This document shows, piece by piece, positions 12,830 to 24,900 of a DNA stretch of 64,000 nt. The notes beneath the pieces are model-generated. The model did no database searches. It had not been told where the DNA came from and saw only the letters and a program-made list of their open reading frames with translations. The stretch is from Ranitomeya imitator (taxonomy: Eukaryota): NCBI RefSeq assembly GCF_032444005.1, contig NC_091288.1, forward strand, positions 18,042,001 through 18,106,000, given 5' to 3'. The translations under genes and the position numbers were made by a program. How positions within the stretch are numbered: the first letter of the stretch is position 1; each line of letters begins with the position of its first letter.

Positions 12830-14316
12830 TGTTAATGTGGTAAATGACTATTTTTGCTGCAGACGTCTGGTTTGTAATGCAATATCTTCATAGGTGTATA
12901 GAGGCCCATTTCCAACAACCATCATCACTCCAGTGTTCTTATGGTACTTTGTGTTTGCTAACTGTGTAAGAAGGCTAATGGATGGTTAGAATACCCTTGA
13001 AAACCCTTGTGCAAGTATGTTAGCACAGCTGAAAACAGTTTGGCTGATTAGAGAACCTATAAACCTGACCTTCCTTTGAGGTAGATGAGAATCTGGAGCA
13101 TTACATTTGCTGGTTCCATTAAACTCTAAAAATGGCCAGAAAAAAAGACCTTTCATGTGAAACTCGACAGTCTATTCTTGTTCTTAGAAATGAAGGCTAT
13201 TCCATTGGAGAAATTGGCAAGAAACTGAAGATTTCCTACAATGGCGTGTACTACTCCCTTCAGAGGAGAGCACAAACAGGCTCTAACCAGAGTAGAAAGA
13301 GAAGTGGGAGGCCCCGCTGCACAACTGAGCAACAAGACAAGTACATTAGAGTCTGTAGTTTGAGAAATCAACACCTCACAGGTCCTCAACTGGCAGCTTC
13401 ATTAAATAGTACACGCAAAACGCCAGTGTCATTGTCTACAGTGAAGAGGAGACTCCGGGATGCTGGCCTTCAGGGCAGAGTGGCAAAGAAAAAGCCATAT
13501 CTGAGACTGGCTAATAAAAGGAAAAGATTAATATGGGCAAAAGAACACAGACATTGGACAGAGGAAGATTGGAAAAAAGTGTTATGGACAGACGAATCCA
13601 AGTTTGAGGTGTTTGGATCACACAGAAGAACATTTGTGAGACGCAGAACAACTGAAAAGATGCTGGAAGAGTGCCTGACGCCATCTGTCAAGCATGGTAG
13701 AGGTAATGTGATGGTCTGGGGTTGCTTTGGTGCTGGTAAAGTGGAAGATTTGTACAAGGTAAAAGGGATTTTGAATAAGGAAGGCCATCACTCCATTTTG
13801 CGCCGCCATGCCATACCCTGTGGACAGCGCTTGATTGGAGTCAATTTCATAATACAACAGGACAATGACCCAAAGCTCCAAATTATGGAAGAACTATCTA
13901 GGGAAGAAGCCGGCAGCTGGTATCTATCTGTAGTGGAGCGGCCAGCGCAGTCACCAGATCTCAGCCCCATTGAGCTGTTGTGGGAGCAGCTTGGTGCAAA
14001 AAGTGCCCATTAGCCAAACCTACTTGTGTGAGGGGCTTCTGGAAGCATGGGGGGGATGTCTCCAGATTACCTCAGCATATTAACTGCTAGAATGCCAAAG
14101 GTCTGCAATGCTGGAATTGCTGCAAAGGGATCATTCTGTGACGAAAGCAAAGTTTGAACGAGAAAACTATTATTTCAAATAAAAATCTTTTTTTTGAACC
14201 TTGTCAATGTCTGGACTAGATTTTCAATTCATTTGGCAACTCATTTAATTAATAAAAGTAGGAGTTTTCATGGAAAACACAAAATTATCTGGGTGACCCT
14301 AAACTTTGGAACTGTG
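12830..14316 (+). mobile_element. Degenerate, 5'-truncated Tc1-like element
   Basis: ORF 13132-14013 with paired-like HTH, GRPR, WTDESKF, QQDNDPK, SPDLSPIE; local frame disruption and premature stop; right end ...ctttggaactgtg-TA; left TIR not found. Confidence 0.85.
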
Positions 14317-14324
14317 TATATATA

Positions 14325-14617
14325 CAGTTAAGTCCATATATATTTGGACAGAGACAACATTTTCCAAACTTTGGTTATAGACATTACCACAATGAATTTT
14401 AAATAAAACAATTCAGATGCAGTTGAAGTTCAGACTTTCGGCTTTCATTTGAGGGTATCCACATTAAAATTGGATGAAGGGTTTAGGAGTTTCAGCTCCT
14501 TATCATGTGCCACCCTGTTTTTGAAGGGACCAAACGTAATTGGAAAGATTCATTAATTTTAAATAAAATGTTCATTTCTAGTACTTGGTTGAAAACCCTT
14601 TGATGGCAATGACTGCC
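14325..14617 (+). mobile_element. Tc1-like left-end fragment
   Basis: TA-cagttaagtccatatatatttggacag, similar to the TIR of the 19511 element; truncated. Confidence 0.6.
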
Positions 14618-15034
14618 ATATATAATATTAAAGAGACGATTACTCTTCAACACCAGCTTGGGCTGGGACCCGAAGTAAAGAACTGAGATCTCACAACAAG
14701 GGGGAGATTGGATTTTGATTCTTGATTAAATTGACTGGAGATCTTCATTGATGACATATCTTATCAGAATCGTTCTGCTCTTTGATCCCAGATAAAATGT
14801 CCATATTTAGTATTTATTACTCTCTGATAATCATCAGATCATCTGCACCGTACGAGATACCATAAACCCAGCATGAAGTTTCCAATGACAGGTTGAATAT
14901 GACCTATGACCAATGGGCTGCGGCAGGTTGATGTAAGCCACTGAGTCTACTAACCATTAAAGTGGTGCAGGATCATACATCCTGACAACTCATTTGGGAC
15001 ATGTGATACCATTCTTTGTGCATCATCTTGTTAA

Positions 15035-15368
15035 AGGGGCTGTCAAGAGTGGTGCATAAGTAAAAAAAATAAAAATAAAATATACATATATATATACCGT
15101 ACATACCAGCTTGGTGTTATTTCTTCTCGGTGCTGCTGCTGGTGTTCCTCGCCAGTCTCTTGTTTTCCCCTTCTGCCAGTGGGTGTCAAGAGACCACTGG
15201 TGAAGGCTGTACCCAATGATTGGCTGCAGTGGTCACGTGAAACATTCTGCCAAAAGAGGAAGCCAAGAGAAGCAGCAACGGTCCGGTAGGTGTTTTTTTC
15301 CTGTTTCTTTTTACTTTTGCACCACTGTGGGCCCATTAATAAAGTCTTTAAAAGTAGTGGACTACCCT
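15035..15368. mobile_element. Degenerate T2/Kolobok-like MITE
   Basis: TTAA-agggg...ccct-TTAA termini with partial TIR. Confidence 0.4.
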
Positions 15369-15412
15369 TTAACCACTTAATGAAAAAAAGTTCTATAACT
15401 TTATAATATTCA

Positions 15413-16043
15413 TTGCCTTCCAATTCCTTACTATTTCAGCTTCCCTCTGCCAATAAGCTTTTTGGAGATGGAAATTTAATTCTCCAGCAGGACTTGGCCC
15501 CTGTCCACACTGCCAAAAGTACCAATACCTGGTGTACAAATAACAGTATCACTGTGCTTGATTGGAAGCAAACTTGCCTGACCTTAACCCTATAGAGAAT
15601 CTATGGAATATTGTCAAGAGGAAGATGAGAGACACCAGACCCAACAATGCAGATGAGCTGAAGGCTGCTATCAAAGCAACCTGGGCTTCCATAACCCCTC
15701 AGCAATCCCTCCATGCCACGCCGCATTGATGCAGTAAGTGATGCCAAAGGAGCCCGACCAAGCATTGAGTGCATTTATTGAACATACATTTCAGTAGGCC
15801 AACATTTGTGATTTTAAAATCATTTTTTCAAGCTGGTGTTATAAAGTATTATAATTTATTGAGATAATGACTTTCGGGTTTTCTTTGGCTGTAAGCCATA
15901 ATCATCAACATTAACAGAAATAAACCCTTAAAATACATCACTCTGTTTAAAATGACTGTTAATATATGAGTTTCACTTTTTGGACTGAAGAACTGAAATA
16001 AATTAACTTTTTGATGATATTCTAATTTTGTAAGATGCACCTG
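15413..16043 (+). mobile_element. Tc1-like 3' fragment
   Basis: Transposase C-terminal remnant (LQQDLAPVHTAKST) plus right TIR ...ctaattttgtaagatgcacctg-TA. Confidence 0.75.
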
Positions 16044-16595
16044 TATGTATATGTATAACCATTGTGTATATAGTGTATTGTCTAGTGTGTCCTTAAGGTT
16101 ATTAAACATATAATTTAACCTTTGGCTGCTCCTTTATCTCAATCCACACGTCCGTGTTCTCAGCTTTAACTTTCCATGCTATCGGGGCTGGTTTCTGGCC
16201 CAATATAATCCTGTTAACAGACCGCGATTATATCTAATGAGGAACTGGTGGCAGTCCTACCGGGCTAGCAGTGCTCTGTTTCACTGGTGCTAATGGAATG
16301 GGCCTCTCAACCTGTCAGGGTTGTGAGTGTGGTGCCACATAAGCAGTTGCTTGGGCGACCCTCACTCACTCCCCGTGCCTCCCTAGGCCCATTTGGCTAG
16401 GGAGTAAAACTGTGCCAAGCTGATCTTATGTGTCCCTAAGGGGTGTTTAACATCACGTTGGTGCAAGTGAGGAAACTGTACCGTGTGATGCTTTTGACGG
16501 AAAAGTGATGTCAGGCGGGGTGGCAAGGTGCAGATTCTTCACGTGGTGGTAGCGGTGGCATTCTACGTGATGTCTCCGGTGCCATCCCTCACAGA

Positions 16596-18554
16596 GGGTA
16601 CTCTGCTGGCAGTTTGTGGGGGTACTCTGCTGGCACTGTTTATGGGGGTACTCTGCTGGCACTGTTTGTGGGGGTACTCTGCTGGCACTGTTTGTGGGGG
16701 TACTCTGCTGGCACTGTTTATGGGGTACTCTGCTGGCACTGTTTATGGGTGTATTCTGCTGGCACTGTTTATGGGGGTACTCTGCTGGCACTATTTATGG
16801 GGTACTCTGCTGGCACTGTTTATGGGGTACTCTGCTGGCACTGTTTGTGGGGGTACTCTGCTGGCACTGTTTATGGGTACTCTGCTGGCACTGTTTATGG
16901 GGGTACTCTGCTGGCACTGTTTGTGGGGGTACTCTGCTGGCACTGTTTGTGGGGGTACTCTGCTGGCACTGTTTATGGGGTACTCTGCTGGCACTGTTTA
17001 TGGGTGTACTCTGCTGGCACTGTTTATGGGTACTCTGCTGGCACTGTTTATGGGGGTACTCTGCTGGCACTGTTTGTGGGGGTACTCTGCTGGCACTGTT
17101 TATGGGGTACTCTGCTGGCACTGTTTATGGGTGTACTCTGCTGGCACTGTTTATGGGGGTACTCTGCTGGCACTATTTATGGGGTACTCTGCTGGCACTG
17201 TTTATGGGGTACTCTGCTGGCACTGTTTGTGGGGTACTCTGCTGGCACTGTTTATGGAGGTACTCTGCTGGCATTGTTTGTGGGGTACTCTGCTGGCACA
17301 TTTTATGGGGGTACTCTCCTGGCACTGTTTATAGGGGTACTCTGCTGGCACTGTTTATGGGGGTACTCTGCTGGCACTGTTTGTGGGGGTACTCTGCTGG
17401 CACTGTTTATGGGTGTACTCTGCTGGCACTGTTTATGGGGGTACTCTGCTGGCACTATTTATGGGGTACTCTGCTGGCACTGTTTATGGGGTACTCTGCT
17501 GGCACTGTTTATGGGTACTCTGCTGGCACTATTTATGGGGTACTCTGCTGGCACTGTTTATGGGGTACTCTGCTGGCATTGTTTGTGGGGTACTCTGCTG
17601 GCACTGTTTATAGGGGTACTCTGCTGGCACTGTTTATGGGGGTACTCTGCTGGCACTGTTTGTGGGGGTACTCTGCTGGCACTGTTTATGGGTGTACTCT
17701 GCTGGCACTGTTTATGGGGGTACTCTGCTGGCACTATTTATGGGGTACTCTGCTGGCACTGTTTATGGGGTACTCTGCTGGCACTGTTTGTGGGGTACTC
17801 TGCTGGCACTGTTTGTGGGGGTACTCTGCTGGCACTATTTATGGGTACTCTGCTGGCACTGTTTATGGGGGTACTCTGCTGGCACTGTTTGTGGGGGTAC
17901 TCTGCTGGCACTGTTTATGGGGTACTCTGCTGGCACTGTTTGTGGGGTACTCTGCTGGCACTGTTTGTGGGTGTACTCTGCTGGCACTGTTTATGGGGGT
18001 ACTCTGCTGGCACTATTTATGGGGTACTCTGCTGGCACTGTTTATGGGGTACTCTGCTGGCACTGTTTGTGGGGTACTCTGCTGGCACTGTTTGTGGGGG
18101 TACTCTGCTGGCACTGTTTATGGGTACTCTGCTGGCACTGTTTATGGGGGTACTCTGCTGGCACTGTTTGTGGGGGTACTCTGCTGGCACTGTGTGGGGG
18201 TACTCTGCTGGCACTGTTTATGGGATACTCTGCTGGCACTGTTTATGGGTGTACTCTGCTGGCACTGTTTATGGGGGTACTCTGCTGGCACTGTTTATGG
18301 GGTACTCTGCTGGCACTGTTTGTGGGGTACTCTGCTGGCACTGTTTATGGGGGTACTCTGCTGGCACTGTTTGTGGGGTACTCTGCTGGCACAGTTTATG
18401 GGGGTACTCTCCTGGCACTGTTTATAGGGGTACTCTGCTGGCACTGTTTATGGGGGTACTCTGCTGGCACTGTTTATGGGGGTACTCTGCTGGCACTGTT
18501 TATGGGGGTACTCCGCTGGCACGGTTTATGGGGGTACTCTGCTGGCACTGTTTC
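16596..18554. repeat. 24-26-bp minisatellite (about 78 units) just 3' of lct-B
   Basis: Unit G(3-5)TACTCTGCTGGCACTGTTT(A/G)T. Confidence 0.96.
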
Positions 18555-18659
18555 ATGATTTCAGGTAACCAACTGTAGATCCATGATATTATTTCTCAAT
18601 GTCCTCACGGCTTATGTCTGGCAATCCCCATACACTTCACACATAAAATTAGATAAGTT

Positions 18660-18665
18660 TTTATT
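18660..18665 (-). terminator. Putative polyadenylation signal of lct-B
   Basis: AATAAA on the minus strand about 50 nt after the stop codon. Confidence 0.5.
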
Positions 18666-18714
18666 GTTTTTTTTCCACATTTATGGTGATATTTTCATGA
18701 TTTTTTGCTCACAA

Positions 18715-18944
18715 CTAAAATAACTCTGCAAGCTTTACTTCTTTCCGGAGTTTACTGTTCATAAATGCAAATAAAATAACAAGGAACACGACGGCAAGTA
18801 AGAAGGCGAATTCCACATATAAAGCGATCATCGCATCCGAGGTGGAGATCTTTAGTCCAAGAAAGTTCACAAATGGCGGTTCTGGATCTTCCAAGGGTTC
18901 TGTAGTGTGGCTGCCACTACTCGCTGTGGGCCCCATAGTTGTAC
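18715..18944 (-). CDS. lct: lct-B exon 17 (stalk, TM helix, short tail)
   Basis: cagtag|GTACAACT; [36 protein letters not shown]...AELF*. Confidence 0.9.
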
Positions 18945-21900
18945 CTACTGGAAAAAGGGAATTTTTGGTGAACAAGGCCTACTAGTTACATGTGATACTT
19001 GGACCTTGATATCAAGAAGTATGTCAATTAGTGACCAGGGATCATCTCAAAGGATCAGCATCTGACACTTTTACACCTTTTATGGGTCTCTTCACTTATG
19101 TTACAGGAGTTTACACACTCACCTTCTGGTTCTGGATCAAGGCAAGGATGAGACCCGTTATGTGGGTCAGGGAAACCGTTACACTGAACCACCGATCTAT
19201 AGTATTTCACAGACGCTTTAGGAAGACGATGCAGATTGGGGTCAGAAAAATTTGTGTAATACAATCCGAACCGTTCAGTGTAACCTGTCGCCCACTCAAA
19301 ATTATCCATCAGACTCCAGGCGGAGTAACCGCGGAGATCAACACCATCGTACTTTACAGCTGCCGAAAAGAAGAGAAATCTAATAATAGGGAGTATTATA
19401 GTAGTTATATTCTTGTACATAGGAGCAGTATTATAGTAGTTATATTCTTGTACATAGGGGGCAGTATTATAGTAGTTATATTCTTGTACATAGGAGCAGC
19501 ATTATAGTTACAGTTAGGGCCAGAAATATTTGGACAGTGACACAATTTTCGCGAGTTGGGCTCTGCATGCCACCACATTGGATTTGAAATGAAACTTCTA
19601 CAACAGAATTCAAGTGCAGATTGTAACGTTTAATTTGAAGGGTTGAACAAAAATATCTGATAGAAAATGTAGGAATTGTACACATTTCTTTACAAACACT
19701 CCACATTTTAGGAGGTCAAAAGTAATTGGACAAATAAACATAACCCAAACAAAATATTTTTATTTTCAATATTTTGTTGCAAATCATAGTAACATAGTTA
19801 GTAACATAGTTAGTAAGGCCGAAAAAAGACATTTGTCCATCCAGTTCAGCCTATATTCCATCATAATAAATACCCAGATCTACGTCCTTCTACAGAACCT
19901 AATAATTGTATGATACAATATTGTTCTGCTCCAGGAAGACATCCAAATCCTTTGGAGGCAATCACTGCCTTAAGTCTGGAACCCATGGACATCACCAAAC
20001 GCTGGGTTTCCTCCTTCTTAATGCTTTGCCAGGCCTTTACAGCCGCAGCCTTCAGGTCTTGCTTGTTTGTGGGTCTTTCCGTCTTAAGTCTGGATTTGAG
20101 CAAGTGAAATGCATGCTCAATTGGGTTTAGATCTGGAGATTGACTTGGCCATTGCAGAATGTTCCACTTTTTGGCACTCATGAACTCCTGGGTAGCTTTG
20201 GCTGTATGCTTGGGGTCATTGTCCATCTGTACTATGAAGCGCCGTCCAATCAACTTTGCAGCATTTGGCTGAATCTGGGCTGAAAGTATATCCCGGTACA
20301 CTTCAGAATTCATCCGGCTACTCTTGTCTGCTCTTATGTCATCAATAAACACAAGTGACCCAGTGCCATTGAAAGCCAATCATGCCCATGCCATCACGTT
20401 GCCTCCACCATGTTTTACAGAGGATGTGGTGTGCCTTGGATCATGTGCCGTTCCCTTTCTTCTCCAAACTTTTTTCTTCCCATCATTCTGGTACAGGTTG
20501 ATCTTTGTCTCATCTGTCCATAGAATACTTTTCCAGAACTGAGCTGGCTTCTTGAGGTGTTTTTCTGCAAATTTAACTCTGGTCTGTCTAATTTTGTTAT
20601 TGATGAATGGTTTGCATCTAGATGTGAACCCTTTGTATTTACTGTCATGGAGTCTTCTCTTTACTGTTGACTTAGAGACAGATACACCTACTTCACTGAG
20701 AGTGTTCTGGACTTCAGTTGATGTTGTGAACGGGTTCTTCTTCACCAAATTAAGTATGCGGCGATCATCCACCACTGTTGTCATCCGTGGACGCCCAGGC
20801 CTTTTTGAGTTCCCAAGCTCACCAGTCAATTCCTTTTTCTCAGAATGTACCCAACTGTTGATTTTGCTACTCCAAGCATGTCTGCTATCTCTCTGATGGA
20901 TTTTTTATTTTTTTTCAGCCTCAGGATGTTCTGCTTCACCTCAATTGAGAGTTCCTTTGACCGCATGTTGTCTGCTCACAGCAACAGCTTCCAAATGCAA
21001 AACCACACACCTGGAATCCACCCCTGACCTTTTAACTACTTCATTGATTACAGGTTAACGAGGGAGACGCCTTCAGAGTTAATTGCAGCCCTTAGAGTCC
21101 ATTGTCCAATTACTTTTGGTCCCTTGAAAAAGAGGACGCTATGCATTACAGAGCTATGATTCCTAAACCCTTTCTCCGATTTGGATGTGGAAACTATCAT
21201 ATTGCAGCTGGGAGTGTGCACTTTCAGCACATATTATATATATAATTGTATTTCTGAACATGTTTTTGTAAACAGCTAAAATAACAAAACTTGTGTCACT
21301 GTCCAAATATTTCTGGCCCTAACTGTATATTCTTGTACATAAGAGCAGCATTATAGTAGATATATTCTTGTACATAGGAGCAGTATTATAGTGGATATAT
21401 TCTTGTACATAGGAGCAATATTATAGTAGCTATATTCTTGTATATAGAGGCAGTATTATAGTAGTTATATTCTTGTACATAAGAGCAGTATTATAGTAGC
21501 TATATTCTTGTATATAGAGGCAGTATTATAGTAGGTATATTCTTGTACATAGGGGCAGTATTATAGTAGTTATATTCTTGTACATAGGAGCAGTATTATA
21601 GTAGTTATATTCTTGTACATGGGGCAGTATTATAGTAGTTATATTCTTGTACATAGGGGCAGTATTATAGTAGTTATATTCTTGTATATAGGAGCAGTAT
21701 TATAGTAGGTATATTCTTGTACATAGGAGCAGTATTATAGTAGTTATATTCTTGTACATAGGGGCAGTATTATAGTAGTTATATTCTTGTACATAGCGGC
21801 AGTATTATAGTTGGTATATTATTATACATAGCGGCAGTATTATAGTTGGTATATTATTGTACATAGGGGGCAGTATTATGGTAGTTATATTCTTGTACAT

Positions 21901-24900
21901 AGGAGCAGTATTATAGTTGGTATATTATTGTCCATAGGGGGCAGTATTATAGTAGTTATATTCTTGTACATAGGAGCAGTATTATAGTTGGTATATTATT
22001 GTACATAGAGGGCAGTATTATAGTAGGTATATTCTTGTACATAGGGGCAGTATTATAGTAGTTATATTCTTGTACATAGGGGCAGTATTATAGTAGTTAT
22101 ATTCTTGTACATAGGGGCAGTATTATAGTAGTTATATTCTTGTACATAGGGGCAGTATTATAGTAGGTATATTCTTGTACATAGGGGCAGTATTATAGCA
22201 GTTATATTCTTGTACATAGGGGGCAGTATTATAGTAGTTATATTCTTGTACATAGGAGCAGTATTATAGTAGTTATATTCTTGTACATCGGGGCAGTATT
22301 ATAGTAGTTATATTCTTGTACATAGCGGCAGTATTATAGTTGGTATATTATTATACATAGCGGCAGTATTATAGTTGGTATATTATTGTACATAGGGGGC
22401 AGTATTATGGTAGTTATATTCTTGTACATAGGAGCAGTATTATAGTTGGTATATTATTGTCCATAGGGGGCAGTATTATAGTAGTTATATTCTTGTACAT
22501 AGGAGCAGTATTATAGTTGGTATATTATTGTACATAGAGGGCAGTATTATAGTAGGTATATTCTTGTACATAGGGGCAGTATTATAGTAGTTATATTCTT
22601 GTACATAGGGGCAGTATTATAGTAGTTATATTCTTGTACATAGGAGCAGTATTATAGTAGTTATATTCTTGTACATAGGAGCAGTATTATAGTAGTTATA
22701 TTCTTGTACATGGGGCAGTATTATAGTAGTTATATTCTTGTACATAGGAGCAGTATTATAGTTGGTATATTCTTGTATATAGTATATACTTATATTATGG
22801 CGTATAAGAGTATGTTAATGGTCTGTAAGATGTCAGTGCCTTTGCTATAAATATGTCTCCTTCTATATAAAGTGCTTTTGCATTCTTAATCTATTCCAGA
22901 TATTAGGGTTGGCTGAATGACTTGCACATATTCTGCTTGCATTGTATGTAATCTCGTACCTTTCAGCGCCTCATTCACATAATGCTTATAATAATACGTT
23001 CTCCATTCGTCATTTAGATTCGTCCCGCGCTCGGATATTCCATTTTCTGTGATATATATGGCAGGGTTGTTGAACTCTTCTTTTATCCAGTGTAATAACC
23101 TTCTCAAGCCAAAAGGCGTCACTTTCAGCCAAGCACTACCAGATGTCAGCCAGGTTCTGTCACTCAGTAAATAAACCCCCCTGGAATGATGGACAGAAAA
23201 TACATCAAATTTCCTGTTGATTTTCTTTAGGACCGGATTACATTTTCGCTGTCACCTTTACCTGTCTCCTTCATAAGTCTGATAGTCTATTCCAAAGATC
23301 GCGTGCCCAACCAGCACGGTAGTATAGTGGTTCAGGCCAAAGAAGTCGTATGTCCCTTTTATTCTTTGCTTCTCACTTTCAGTGAATTCTGGGAGCCTGA
23401 TGATGAAAGTCATAGAAACCATGAGTAGCAATAGCAAGAGAGGAAAACCTACCGTTATGTAGTCAGGCATCTCACTTGAGTTTTTTTTTCCTTCAATCAG
23501 ACAATTTGCATAATTCGCATATTTCCCAGAGGAGCATTGCGGCTTTAAGTCTCCTCATCTCGGCATGCTTAGCATGTCAATCTCCACAAGGAGAAATTAT
23601 ACTTCTTGGAGATCAGTCGGACGGCTCTCACTCAGCCAAACCAGATCTCCACTTTGCACTGACGAGGGGCAGTTCCCACGAAACACAGTGTCTGCAAATT
23701 GAGATTCTGGTTTGGCTATTATCCTAAGTCATGTGACAAGGCTCGTTAATGGGTTGACATTGACTTGCAGGATCGCTACCTTCCAATAGGTGGCACTAGA
23801 GTTCTAGTCCTCTTCCTCTCTGAAGAGACAATTTTCCTAATTAATAATTAGCATATTTCCCAGAGGAGCATTGCGGCTTTGTCTCCTCATCTCGGCATGC
23901 TTAGCATGGCAATCTCCGCAAGGAGAAATGATACTTCTTGGATATTCCTTCACTCAAAAATGTTGAAAATAGTTCTATATGTCCTGATCATTTCCCGCCA
24001 AGACTACTGGAACTTCCTCCTTTATAGCCTCCCCTGTAAGGCTATGTTCGCACCTGTGTCAGAGGGGCCTCGATCATTTTTACAGCACATGCAGCTCCAT
24101 TTACCTTCAAATAAACGTGCAATGCTCCCAATCTTCCCTTTTGTAAGTAAATGGTATCTGCATATAAATGGGATCCATAACGGAGATGTGAACAGAGCCT
24201 AACACAGTCTTGCATCTCCAAATCATCTTCGATTATGCTGGTATTGCTAGACGTGAAGGGACTGTTACACCTCTCCGGTCTAACAGTCCCTTCATGTACT
24301 ACACGTGACGATGCAGGCGGAACATGGCTTTATAAATGAGCTGGGCACAGGGACTGAAGTCCACAGGATCTATCCCTCCGTCCTCGTCACACTCGGATCA
24401 GCGTGACTGACAGAACTGCATTTATACGCAAATATGAAGAACCCAACAAACTCCTCTACGTGTGCTCTGACTCTTTACTCCGTGGCTCCATGATTTTTGA
24501 AGCTTTGATCTCCCTGAAATACTCAAAGTATCTCAGTTTCATGCTTTACATTGTCCTGGCAGCATGAATGGGACGACAGGTTTTTATTTTTAAAAAGCAT
24601 GGTAGACATGCCATTGGCTTTACTGAGTCTTCCAGAAGTTGAAAACATCCATCCGAAAGACATGATGAAATAAGCATTACTACATGGATGATGCAGGCTG
24701 TTCTGTCATTGTCAGCATACGCACCGGCTTTGGGACTGTCCTATAGCGAGGCTCCTTTCTCGAATTCTGGTCTTCATAACATCTGGGTAGTCCCCAGTTT
24801 TAAATATAGGATATCCAAACCAGCCACCGAAAAACTGAAAGTCGTTAATACATGATTGTTACAATATGTCACTATCATACTATGCACAAGAATATAACTA

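Larger units (their letters stand above)
19386..22780. repeat. 35-bp minisatellite array in lct-B intron 15, split by a Tc1 insertion (19386-19510 and 21326-22780)
   Basis: Same unit and orientation as the 6475-10305 array. Confidence 0.95.

Noticed and set aside
13132-14013. Apparently intact 293-aa transposase
   Set aside because: Out-of-frame segment after the second catalytic Asp, premature stop, and no left TIR; not an active element.
16528-18578. Long ORFs (up to 654 aa) rich in GYSAG/LCWHCL
   Set aside because: Translation of a stop-free 24-26-bp minisatellite; the same peptides appear in all frames.
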